Assembly (NCBI RefSeq): GCF_037042905.1
Contig: NC_087245.1
Coordinates: 10,604,001 to 10,668,000 of the forward strand
From: Lytechinus pictus
Lineage: Eukaryota
DNA length: 64,000 nt
Direction of reading: 5' to 3'
Numbering within the stretch: position 1 is the first letter of the stretch; each line of letters starts with the position of its first letter. This document shows, piece after piece, positions 40,336-51,174 of this stretch. Position numbers and translations under genes: made by a program. A model generated the notes under the pieces. It did no database searches and was not told where the DNA came from. It was given only the letters and a program-made list of their open reading frames with translations.

Positions 40336-43300
40336 TAGACGGGTCAATATATGGTTTGACCCGGAACAAATTGCAACAAATGATTTTTCAACGGTATTTT
40401 GTACTATTTGACCTCAGGAATAACATACTAAAAATCTACCAAAATCCGCATCCGGGAAAGTGGTTATTTTTAAGATGTCATCCAAGATGGCCGCCATTCA
40501 CTAAAAATTGATATAACTCACTCATTATCCACCCTAGAATCATATTTGGGTTCATATTCCATGGTCCAATGGGTAAAAGAATTTATTTATACTAGTTAGA
40601 GTGAATATTAGCACTCCAGGGTACCAGGAAAATCCAAGATGGCGCCCAAAATGGATGCCGTAGTCTAAAAACTCCACAATTCATCTATTACTTACTTAAG
40701 TGGCTTTAATTTGGTTTCCATCCGATTGTTTTAATGATGAAGTAGTACGTCGGGACAAGTTACAAGGACAGCCAGTGGTCTGGTGTGTCCAAAAATTCAA
40801 GATGGCTTCCAAAAATTGAGTTTAAAATGGCTGTTAATCCTTAAAATGGACATAGCTCATATCACATCAACCTGAGAGATATGATTTTGGTGTCTAGACC
40901 ATGGTTTCAATTGTCAAATAATACATTGGGACAAGTTACAAGGACAGTCAGTGGTCCAGTATGTTCAAAAATCCAAGATGGCTTCCAAAAATGGAGTAAA
41001 AAATGCTGTTGCTACTTAAAAAAAAACCAACAAAGTTTGTTCAATATTCGGGAATATGATTTTTTGTGCCTATACCATGGTTTAATGGGTCAAATAATAA
41101 ATTGGGATAAGTTACAAGAACGATTGGTGGTCAAGTATGTCCAAAAGTCCACGGTGGCTTAAAAAATAGTATCAATTAGCCGCGATGGTATTTAAAAATG
41201 GACATAGTTCATGTTTTATTCGTCAAGGGCATATGATTTTGTTGCCTATATCATGGTTTCAAAAGGCAGAAAATTAGTTACAAGGACAGTCAGTGGTCCA
41301 GTATGTCGAAAATACAAGATGGCTTCCAAAAATCGGAGTCTAAATGACTGCTGTTACTTTTAAAATGGACATAGTTCATTTAAAATCCACCTAGGAGATA
41401 TGATTTCGGTGTCCACACTATGGTTTCATGGTTAAAATAATACGTTTGGACTGGTTACATTGATATGCAGTTGTCCAGTTCGCCTAAAACACAAGAGGGT
41501 TTTTAAAGGAATCTAAAACGACTCATATCATTCAATAGTGGTCAGAGTTCTACAATATTCATCTGCAAGAAATAATGTTGGTGTCCAAATTGTGGTATGA
41601 AGGGTCAAATGATACATTCAGACAAGTAAACAGGATGGTTAGTACTCCATTTTGTCAAATAATCCATGATGGATTCTAAAATTTCATCAAAATGGGTGCT
41701 GTTACCAACTCATTAAACAATATGATAACTTGTCCCCATGCATTTAAGTGTAGGCACCAAGATTATTTCTAACAGGTAGATATTTTATGTAACAGTAGTC
41801 ACTTTAGAACCCATTTTTAAGCCAACTTGGATTTTAAGGCAAAATGGATAGCTGCATATCATGGTAACCAGTCCCAAAGTATTGTTTGGCCCTTGAAACC
41901 CTAGTGTAGACACCAAAATAATATCCCCATGGTGTATTTATAATGTTCTACATCCACTTTTAAGTAACAGCAGTCATTTAAGACCCCTATTTTTAAATCC
42001 ATCTTTGATTTTTGGACATACCTGACACCTGACTGTCCTTTCAACTTAACCCAAGGTATTGCTTGACCCTGTAAACTCTAGTATAGACAGCAAAATCATA
42101 CCTCCAAGGTGTATTTATAATAAACTATGCATACTTTTAAGTAGCAACAGTCAATTTACACCCCATTTTTTTGAAGTAATCTTGGATTTTTTTTTTAAAC
42201 AGACAACTGACTGGTCTTGTAACTTACCCTAGTGTATTACTTGACCCTTCTAAACAATGCTTTTAACACCAAACTCATATTCCCCAGACAGATATTAAAC
42301 AAACTATGTCCTTTTATAAGTAACATCAGACATATTTTTACTCCATTTTTGGAAGCCATCTTGTAATTTTTGACATACTAGACCACTGACTGCCATTGTC
42401 TTGTCCATTTATATAATTTGACCCTTGAAACCATAGTTTAGACACCGAAATCATATCTCACAGCGGATTGAAAATGAGCTATGCCACTTTAAAGTATCAA
42501 CAGCCATTTAAGAATCAAGTTTTGGAAGCCATATTGGATTTTTGGTCATACCAGACCACTGACTGGCCTTAAAACCTGTCTTAATGTATTATTTTGGCCC
42601 TTAAACCAGTGGTTTAGATACCAAAATTGCATCTCCCATGCCGATATGAAATAAGCTATGTCCGCTTTAAGTAGCAGCAGTCAATTTAGAATCAATTTTT
42701 GGAAGCCAACTTAGATTTTTTGACCGACCAGGCCACTGACTTTCCTTGTAACTTGCCCTAACGTATTAATTGATCCTTGAAACTAGTGGTTTAGACACCA
42801 AAATCACATTTCCAGGCCGATATGAAAGGAGCTTGATCCGCTTTAAGTATCAGCAGCATATTTCTAATACCATTTTTTGGACGCCATCTTCGATTTTTGG
42901 ACATACCATAGCATTGACTGTCCTTGTAACTTATCCTAATATATTATTTGACCCTTGAAACCAGTGGTTTATACATCAAAATCACATATCCAGGCCAAAA
43001 TGAAATGAGCTTTGTCCGCTTTAAGTATTAGCAGCCGTTTCAGAATCAATTTTTAGAATCCATCTAGGATTTTTGCACATACCAGACCACTGACTTTCCT
43101 TGTAACTTGCCCCAATGTATTATTTGACCCATTTAACCATGGTATAGACACAAAAATCATATTTCTGGACATTGAGCAAACTATGTCGGGTTTTTCTAAG
43201 TAGCAACAGCAATTTTCGACTCCATTTTTGGAAGCCATCTTTGATTTTTTAACATACTACTCCACTGACTGTCCTTGTAACTTATCCCAATGTCTTATTT

Positions 43301-43865
43301 GACCATTGAAATCATGGTCTAGACACCAAAATCATTATGTCCCAGGCGGATATAAAATGAACTATGTCCATTTTAATTATCAACAGCCATTTTAAACTCA
43401 TTTTTTGGAAGCCTTCTTGGATTTTTGGACACACTCGACCACTGGCTGTCCTTGTAACTTGTTTCAATGTACTATTTCACCTTTAAAACCATTAAATAAA
43501 AAACTAATTTAGATTAATTGTGGATTTTCAGCCTACGGCAGCCATTTTGGGCGCCATCTTGGATTTGCCTGGTACACTGGAGGGCTCATAATGCATCCTA
43601 GCCTAAATCAATGTTTGTACCCCAGACCATGGAATATGAACCGAAATAGTATTCTAGGGTGGATAATGTGTCAGTTGTATCCATTTTCAGTGAATGGCGG
43701 CCATTTTGGACGCCATCTTGAAAATAACCACTTTCCCGGATGCGGATTTTGGTAGATTTTTAGTATGTTATTCCTGAGGTCAAATAGTACAAAATACCGT
43801 TGCAAAATCATTTGTTGCAATTTGTTCCGGGTAAGGCTATTTTTGGTCGTATATTGACCCGTCTA
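40336..43865. mobile_element. Foldback-type non-autonomous DNA transposon, copy 1 (3.5 kb; arms of ~176-bp tandem units; TAG...CTA termini, possibly Academ-like)
   Basis: Termini TAGACGGGTCAATAT / ATATTGACCCGTCTA; long inverted arms; GGA(C/T)AAGTTACAAG recurs at ~40753, 40929 and 41105; no transposase ORF. Confidence 0.88.
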
Positions 43866-44001
43866 TAAACAGACCATCAGTGTTGGTGTCACGATTCTTG
43901 TCTTATAGTCAAACAGACAAAAGATAATATAGCTTTTGAATATCAATTGCGTAAAGACTTACTTGGACGTAATGAAGATAAATGAAATTCACTAGATTGT
44001 T

Positions 44002-45399
44002 TTATTTTATTTATTTTATTTTTTTTATTTCTGTTTTTATTATAACAAATTGAAATAAATCACAAAATTTACAAACGATTATTAGGTGATTGCAAATCAC
44101 ATAAACACAAGTTAGTTACACAAAAAAGACAAAATAACAACCATAATAATAAAAAAAAACCTACCCACTTATCCTCCCCCACCCCCAAAAAAGGAATGTG
44201 GCAAAGTGATGACTTAATATCAGTGTTATCTAAACAAAGATAGGTGATTTGGTAAATAAAGTAGACAAAACAAAATATACAAGCTATGATTATAAAATGG
44301 TGACCCAACAACTATTGATAGGATTTATAAACGCAACTGGTTATCCAAGACGACATAATTATGGAGGTTTTTAAACGAACAAGTATATCAAGGAAACTGA
44401 GATACAAGTTGCATGAAAAAATGGGATCTGATGTCTACAACCATATAACCAATACAGTGCAGTATTATTTTAAAAAATGGGGCACTAAGCCTGTTATACA
44501 AAATATACATTGTTAGTTATCATGTAACCTGTTGCCATTTTTGAGAAACCAAATTATAAGGTGAATCGCCACTTCTTAAAGTGAGCGGGCAACTTATTTT
44601 TTTTCTTAGCTATCAAATATTCCAAGTCCTGTTGTTTTATAACAAATGTTTTAAAAAGAGCAGAACTTGGAGGATTATTTTTAAATTTACATGTATGAAT
44701 ATAATACTTCAAAAGTAAGAAAAGGTATGAAATGAACTTATCAGCTGGGAATCCGAACATTTTTTTTCAAAATTAGAACCATTTATTTGAACATTTATGA
44801 TTTTGGGAAATTTTTGTTAAAAGGGATTGCCAAATAATAATTACCCTTTCACATTCGCAAAACAGGTGGACTATTGTTTCCTCACTTTTATCACAGAAAA
44901 CACAATTGGGTGAATCCTTAGATTTAATCTTATATATAAAATCATTTAATGCTACGGCTTTATGAAAAATCTTAAAATAGAATGATCTTAATTTAGTATC
45001 AATGGTACAAGAAAAAATTGTGTAGTGTACCTTTTCCCAATCGATATATACTGGTATTGGTAAACGTTCATCCCAATAAGAGTATCTTTTGTCAGGTGTG
45101 TGTGATCCCCTAAATAAAATGTATGAATATCTAGGGACTTTTTTATAACTCAACAATTTATGTACAATTGTTTCATGAACACCAATAATATCAGGGTCAA
45201 AACTCACCAACCATTCTTCCGGGATGCACTTAATTAAAAAAATATATTTCCTTCTGTCTGTTTGGGGGATTCCAAAATCTAACACAAGCTCTTCAAAGAG
45301 TTTGTGACCTAAAAGAGGAGGATTAAATAAGTCTGACATCATTAAGACATTTCTCTCATGCCACATTGGATAATTAAGATACTGTTTAGTTTTTGAACG
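44002..45399 (-). mobile_element. 5'-truncated L1/Tx1-type non-LTR retrotransposon (ORF2 C-terminus with zinc-binding motif, 3' UTR, A-rich tail)
   Basis: CVFCDKSEETIVHLFCEC motif; frameshift near 44765 into ...YYIHTCKF...HFKKW. T-rich tail on + at ~44002-44040. 21-bp TSD AATGAAATTCACTAGATTGTT at 43981-44001 and 45400-45420. Confidence 0.92.
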
Positions 45400-45600
45400 A
45401 ATGAAATTCACTAGATTGTTAATACATTCATAAACTTCATGTCGATTTTTCAAAACCTCTCTACCATTCCTACGATGCCTATTGCTATTCCGAATTAATA
45501 CGTTGGATATACCATAGTTAATAAAGTAAGATAATATATACATGACATAAAGTATAAAATTAGTTGATTTAGAGTCAGAACACAGTACATGTATAGCTTG

Positions 45601-45891
45601 CCTTAAGGGAAATAACACAGTGTTCCACAGTGTGTTCACAGTGTGGAACACAGTGTGAAATTACCTTCACTCTTTTAGAATTTGAGCACTTCAACAGTGT
45701 GAATCACATATTCACATTGTCTACCATGTGAACACACTGTGAACAGTCACACTGTCGAGTTGTCCACAGTGTGGAAATATCTTCATACTGTTTAATTTGA
45801 GCATTTTAACAGTGTGAAAATTATTTTCACATGTCCACACTGTGAACACACTGTGATCACACTGTGTGACACTGTAGTATTTCCAGCAGGG
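45601..45891. mobile_element. MITE with subterminal CACAGTGTG / CACACTGTG arrays (CACTA/EnSpm-like organisation)
   Basis: GGAAATAACACAGTGT ... ACACTGTAGTATTTCCAGCAGGG; many inverted short motifs. Confidence 0.55.
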
Positions 45892-45948
45892 TGAATTAGT
45901 TCCTCACTTTTAGTATCAATCTCTTATCTCTGTATTTTGTTCTTTCAG

Positions 45949-48248
45949 CTATGACTTTCTTGTGTTCGAGTATGAACCCTTCCCTGGTTCTAGTAGCCAT
46001 ATCACACTAGCAAATCTTACTGGAACTTCTTATCCGTCGTCTTTGGAATCTCCTTCAAATAATTTAAGGATACACTTTATCACAGACTATAGCATCACCA
46101 AAACAGGGTTTTCGATTGGAGTCACCGCAATATCAACGACTGGTATGTTATTATCAACTGGTGCTACATCAACATCACAGACAGCTTCTCTCACATCCAT
46201 TGTAAACGCATCGCCCGTCGAAGATACCTCATATATTTCTACCTCTACTGATGGTGCATTAAGTTCTAAAGTGATGACTATGTCAACACCTGTACATTCT
46301 ACAACGTCATCCGATACAATGGAATCGCTTAACTCTGGTAGTTCTGCAGACATGGAAAGAACGACCAGTCCTGAAGACTTTAATTTAACTGAGAATTTTA
46401 CTGAGTCGAGACCAGATGTCACTAAATCTGATGATTTAGCTGTTGCCACTACCTCAACATCCTTCACAGCAAACATGGCAAAGGAAATTACGTCTGGCAC
46501 AACTCAGCAAAAAGACGTTTTGAGCGAAGAGTCGACCGAAACAACAAAACATTTTGGTTCATCACATTCATTCATGTCAGTAATCTCAGAGTTTCTTAGT
46601 ACGACGGAACCTACAACCACCTCGTCACCGGCTGTCGATGTACAGACGACTCCTCTTGTTTCGCGAATGATAACACCAAACACCGCTACCACGTCACTGA
46701 CATCTCAATCACATTCTCCTACAAGGCCTATGTCAACATTTACAGAACAAACCTCGGATACTCAACAAACAATAGAAGAAATTTTGACTTCTTTGACTCC
46801 GACAACTTCTGACATGTTAGAGGCTGCAGCTGCAGGATTAACATCTGAACCACCCAGCTCTATATATTCATCTTTTTCAATAATGACAACGATACCCATT
46901 AATTTTCAGACATCTGTTTTACAGACTGATGGAGCTTTGGTCTCGAATATCATCACCGAACGATCTGAGACAGTTGCGCCGGTGAGTCAAGAGTACGTTT
47001 CCACGGAATTATCATCTATCGCATCTCAAACGACACCAAACGCAGGCACTACTGCTGACTCCGAATATGGGACCGGGTCATCCTCGAATATCATCACCGA
47101 ACGATCTGAGACAGTTAATCCAGTGAGTCAAGAGTACGTTTCCACGGAATTATCATGTATCTCATCTCAAGCGACACCAAACGCAGGGACTACTGCTGAC
47201 TCCGAAGATGGGGCCGGGTCATCCTCGAATATCATCACCGAACGATCTGAGACAGTTAATCAAGTGAGTCAAGAGTACGTTTCCACGGAATTATCATCTA
47301 TCTCATCTCAAACGACACCAAACGCAGGCACTACTGCTGACTCCGAAGATGGGACCGGGTCAACCTCGAATATCATCACCGAACGATCTGAGACAGTTGC
47401 GCTGGTGAGTCAAGAGTACGTTTCCACGGAATTATCATATATCTTATCTCAAACGACACCAAACGCAGGGACTACTGCTGACTCCGAATATGGGACCGGG
47501 TCATCCTCGAATATCATCACCGAACGATCTGAGACAGTTAATCCAGTGAGTCAAGAGTACGTTTCCACGGAATTATCATCTACTAGTATCTCATCTCAAA
47601 CGACACCAAACGCAGGCACTACTGCTGACTCCGAAGATGGGACCGGGTCATCCTCGAATATCATCACCGAACGGTCTGAGACAGTTAATCCAGTGAGTCA
47701 AGAGTACGTTTCTACGGAATTATCATCTATCTCATCTCAAACGACACCAAACGCAGGGACTACTGCTGACTCCGAAGATGGGACCGGGTCATCCTCGAAT
47801 ATCATCACCGAACGGTCTGAGACAGTTAATCCAGTGAGTCAAGAGTACGTTTCCACGGAATCATCATCTATCGCATCTCAAACGACACCAAACATAGGGA
47901 CTACTGCTGACTCCGAAGATGGGACCGGGTCATCCTCGAATATCATCACCGAACGATCTGAGACAGTTAATCCAGAGAGTCAAGAGTTCGTTAGCACTGT
48001 AACTTCATCCATCTTATTGCAATCGACATCTGCAGGGAATCCCGAAGTTTCGATTGAGTCAACCTCGAAGGTCGCTTACACAAGTTCTGAATCACTATTA
48101 GGCCTATTAGTTAACTCAGAATATGCAACCGGAAGTACACCATTGACATCTAAGACAACTGGTATACCAAATCTGGGAGAAGTAACCTATTTGAGCTCGA
48201 GAGTCCCTACTAGACCACCAACATTGAATACAGATTCTGCTCTATACG
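45949..48248 (+). CDS. CUB/mucin protein exon 8: CUB3 C-half, long S/T tract and 47-aa tandem repeats
   Basis: TTTCAG acceptor; YDFLVFEY...NNLRIHFITDYSITKTGFSI; ORF 45962..48253; G|GTTAGT donor; 2300 nt. Confidence 0.92.
46943..47990 (+). repeat. Coding tandem repeat, 141 bp (47 aa) x7 plus a partial unit
   Basis: Units start TCGAATATCATCACCGAAC at 46943, 47084, 47225, 47366, 47507, 47654, 47795, 47936. Unit 5 has an in-frame 6-nt insertion. Confidence 0.97.
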
Positions 48249-49389
48249 GTTAGTGTTTAAATATATTCATTAGGATAATGAGTTTGCATGGCACATTTAC
48301 GTCTATATCTGATATTGATATGTTGTACATCTTAGAAAATATTGTTTAAATGTCGTCCCCGAATTCTCTTTCGATACCTGTCATCGATTCTACTGACACC
48401 GTATCCACCTTTCGAAACGAACAAAATGATTTCCAATTTACCTTACTGCATTTACTGCAAAATAATGATATTTAAAGCTACATGAAATATATCTAATTAC
48501 ATCAGGGCAGTACATATACATGTCACATTCATTTCAAATTTGTGAAGGCATGCAAATTAAAGAGGTGTATGTGTACTGCGTAGAGAAGAATACCAACAGA
48601 AATCGAGTAAAGTGTTCACTTGATTCGCAGGATCACTCTCATTTTTAATGACGCCACCAACGGTTTCAGAAACAATCCCTTCTGCAACGGAGAATATTTT
48701 GAAACAATTCATCTGCCCAATTCTTATCAATGGAGACTACATGACCCGTATCATCAGAATGTGAATTCTGATTCAACTTAATCAGCGGTTTTACTACAGT
48801 ATTCAAAATGGGACTCAACATTTCTAAAAGTAGATCGATTTTTCAGCGTATCGTTTGGCACTCAAGCTATTACCATGGTTATGCCTTCAGTTCATCTGGA
48901 AATCAAAATACATTTCCTCACCAAAACAATACTAAAAAGTAGTACAGTAATAAGAAAAATAAAATGTTTCAACATGATTTAACACAGTTGTATACCTTGG
49001 ATTTATTTATTCCCGAGTTAAAATCAGGGCCCTACGAGTAACGACGGTATTAACTGATGTGGCCAACATGGCTAATGTGATTGTTTACCAACTTGAAATT
49101 TCGTTGCGTATGCTGCCTTTAAAGGTTGTTTGTGTGAACGTGGGTACAAGTGAGTGCTGAATCAGAAATAATAAAAAAAGGAAAGGGACAAGGAAAGTTT
49201 ATAACGTACGTAACGAAAACCAGATTGATAAATATTATGTATAAATATTAACATACTAAAATAGTGTAAAATGTACGTTCAATTAAACATAACTATAAGT
49301 AGTATAATTCTAGAAATACTGTTAAGATTGAAGAATCTGAGAGTATTGAAGATGTAATTCATACATTTATGTAATATTCAATTCAACAG

Positions 49390-49673
49390 ATGATACACCG
49401 TTTACCAGTACACCTTTGTATTCGATTAGGACTTCAATGTTCACACTTCAGTACACAAACCGAACCATGATGAAGGAGTACAGCTTATCAACTTACCAAA
49501 ACGCCACGACTGTAAAATGTGGCAAGGAATGTTTAACACATCCAATCTGCGACTCGTTTGCTATCAACAAGCAAATGAATAAGTGCATCCTCGGCCTACA
49601 TACCGCTGTCGTTGGACACATTTATGAAGAAATTAATTCATTCATTTACGTAGCAACCATCAAGTATTCATGA
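49390..49673 (+). CDS. CUB/mucin protein exon 9: C-terminal PAN/apple-like domain and stop
   Basis: CAACAG acceptor, phase 1; CGKECLTHPICDSFAINKQMNKCIL has the C-x3-C-x5-C-x-S-F...C-x-L spacing of PAN domains; TGA at 49671-49673. Confidence 0.8.
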
Positions 49674-50019
49674 GAGTGTAATGTTTTTGTTTTGATGATA
49701 TATTTCAGTCTGGAGCGTCATGGTATTATTTATTTTCAGGAAATTATACGACAGTTTGTGTGAGGTTAATATATTGGGCCAGTGGGAGTGGACGTGCATG
49801 TTGGGGGGGAGGGGGTAGCTTGAGATAATGATGATAATTATGAAATGCACATCGCAAGTATTTTTTGTGAGGCAGGGGAATATAAAGCAAGTGAAATTAT
49901 ACATGAATACAATGGTTTAAACTATATAAAGTAGGTGCACACACACACACACACAAACACATACACACACCCTCTCTCTCTCTCTCACTCAAACACACCC
50001 TCACACCCACACATATATA

Positions 50020-50969
50020 CAGTGCGTATCAAAAAAAAGTTTACACTTAGAAAAAATCCTGTAAAATCATATATTTGTAATATCCTGAAGATTTTACCAC
50101 ATTTTAACATTGGTACAGATCCATTTAAGCAAATGACGATATAACTGTCGAAAAATATTTCCGCTTGAGTGAGCACCACTTACTTTTGAAAAGTTAGTGA
50201 AATATGATTTGCGCAGAACTTTGAAATAGTTATGCGAATAAAAGTAGACCTCTATCATGACGAACACGTGGAATTTAGCTAGTAAAATTGATTTGAAGAT
50301 ATATTTTACCTTTTTTTTTATTGTTTCCTTGCCCAAAACACTTCGAAGAGTGCATTGTGCCCCACCCCACTCCCCCACACACTGAGGCCATCTTGACGAT
50401 TTTTCTTTACCATGAGCTGTGATTTACATGAAATGGCTTAGGCTTGACTTTCATTTTTTTAATTATTGTTAAGCTTGGGAAATGTGTGGAGAAACAAGTA
50501 TTAAATGAAAAATGAAATGTAAACCCACTTTAAATGATAAAAACTCAGTGAAAAAATGCTGGAGATGTCAGATATAAACTTTTGTTCAGATTCAGTTATG
50601 TCCCCAGATCCAGCTGAAATTTCAATTTGGGTGGCAAAATTGTTACAAAATGCTTGAATGTATCCGTTTTATTTCAATTGACTAAAAGTGCAAGGGAAAT
50701 GTATGAGAAATGTTTTGCAGGGTAAGTTTGATTTCGCCCTTTCCCCTTGACACAGCGTGAAAACAAGCATTTCTGCGCAAACAGATTTCTGCGAGCTTTA
50801 CAAAAATGGACAGTGCACACTCGAGTGTAATATTCTGTCAAAACTTTTGCTTTCATTGGATAGATGAGACCCAAACCCAAGATTATATGTGAAAAAATTA
50901 CCCACATGTTGTATATTTTTTAATTCCCACGGTTTTTTCAAAGTGTAAACTTTTTTTTGATACGCACTG
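50020..50969. mobile_element. Tc1/mariner-type MITE (950 bp, TA TSD)
   Basis: TA|CAGTGCGTATCAAAAAAAAGTTTACACTT ... AAGTGTAAACTTTTTTTTGATACGCACTG|TA; perfect 29-bp TIR. Confidence 0.88.
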
Positions 50970-51136
50970 TATATACATTTTTCTTAACTGTTACATAACA
51001 ATTTGATCATCACAAACATGACTATAGTATTATGACTATAGTTGTTTCTGTGAAGGGCGTGCATCTTCAGCCAGTCATCATAGCAACATCTGTCTGAGGT
51101 TGCGCTCTCTGATTGAACTGATACCACACTTTTGAA

Positions 51137-51174
51137 ACTCCTGAAGAAGACGGAGGACCGTCGAAAATTCGAGT
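51137..51174 (+). ncRNA. Minimal type-I hammerhead ribozyme motif (Penelope-like element type)
   Basis: ACUC-CUGAAGA-A-GACGG(AGGA)CCGUC-GAAA-AUUC-GAGU: stem I ACUC/GAGU, canonical core, 5-bp stem II, palindromic AAUU stem III, predicted cleavage after C51170. Confidence 0.72.

Larger units (their letters stand above)
34038..49673 (+). other. Gene span: secreted CUB x3 / mucin-like / PAN-apple protein, 9 exons, ~1607 aa
   Basis: Exons 34038-34113, 35015-35171, 36389-36582, 37145-38344, 38752-38908, 39265-39563, 40147-40303, 45949-48248, 49390-49673 sum to 4824 nt with consistent phases and no internal stop. Confidence 0.85.

Noticed and set aside
45400..45651. N-terminal part of ORF 44773..45651 as real protein
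   Set aside because: It lies beyond the LINE's target-site duplication and runs into a MITE; chance read-through.
37350..46692. Minus-strand Val/Ser-rich ORFs (e.g. 37590..37877, 39304..39606, 46087..46500)
   Set aside because: Antisense shadows of Thr/Ser-rich mucin exons.
46943..47990. CRISPR-like array
   Set aside because: Contiguous 141-bp in-frame coding repeats with no unique spacers, in eukaryotic DNA with no cas genes.
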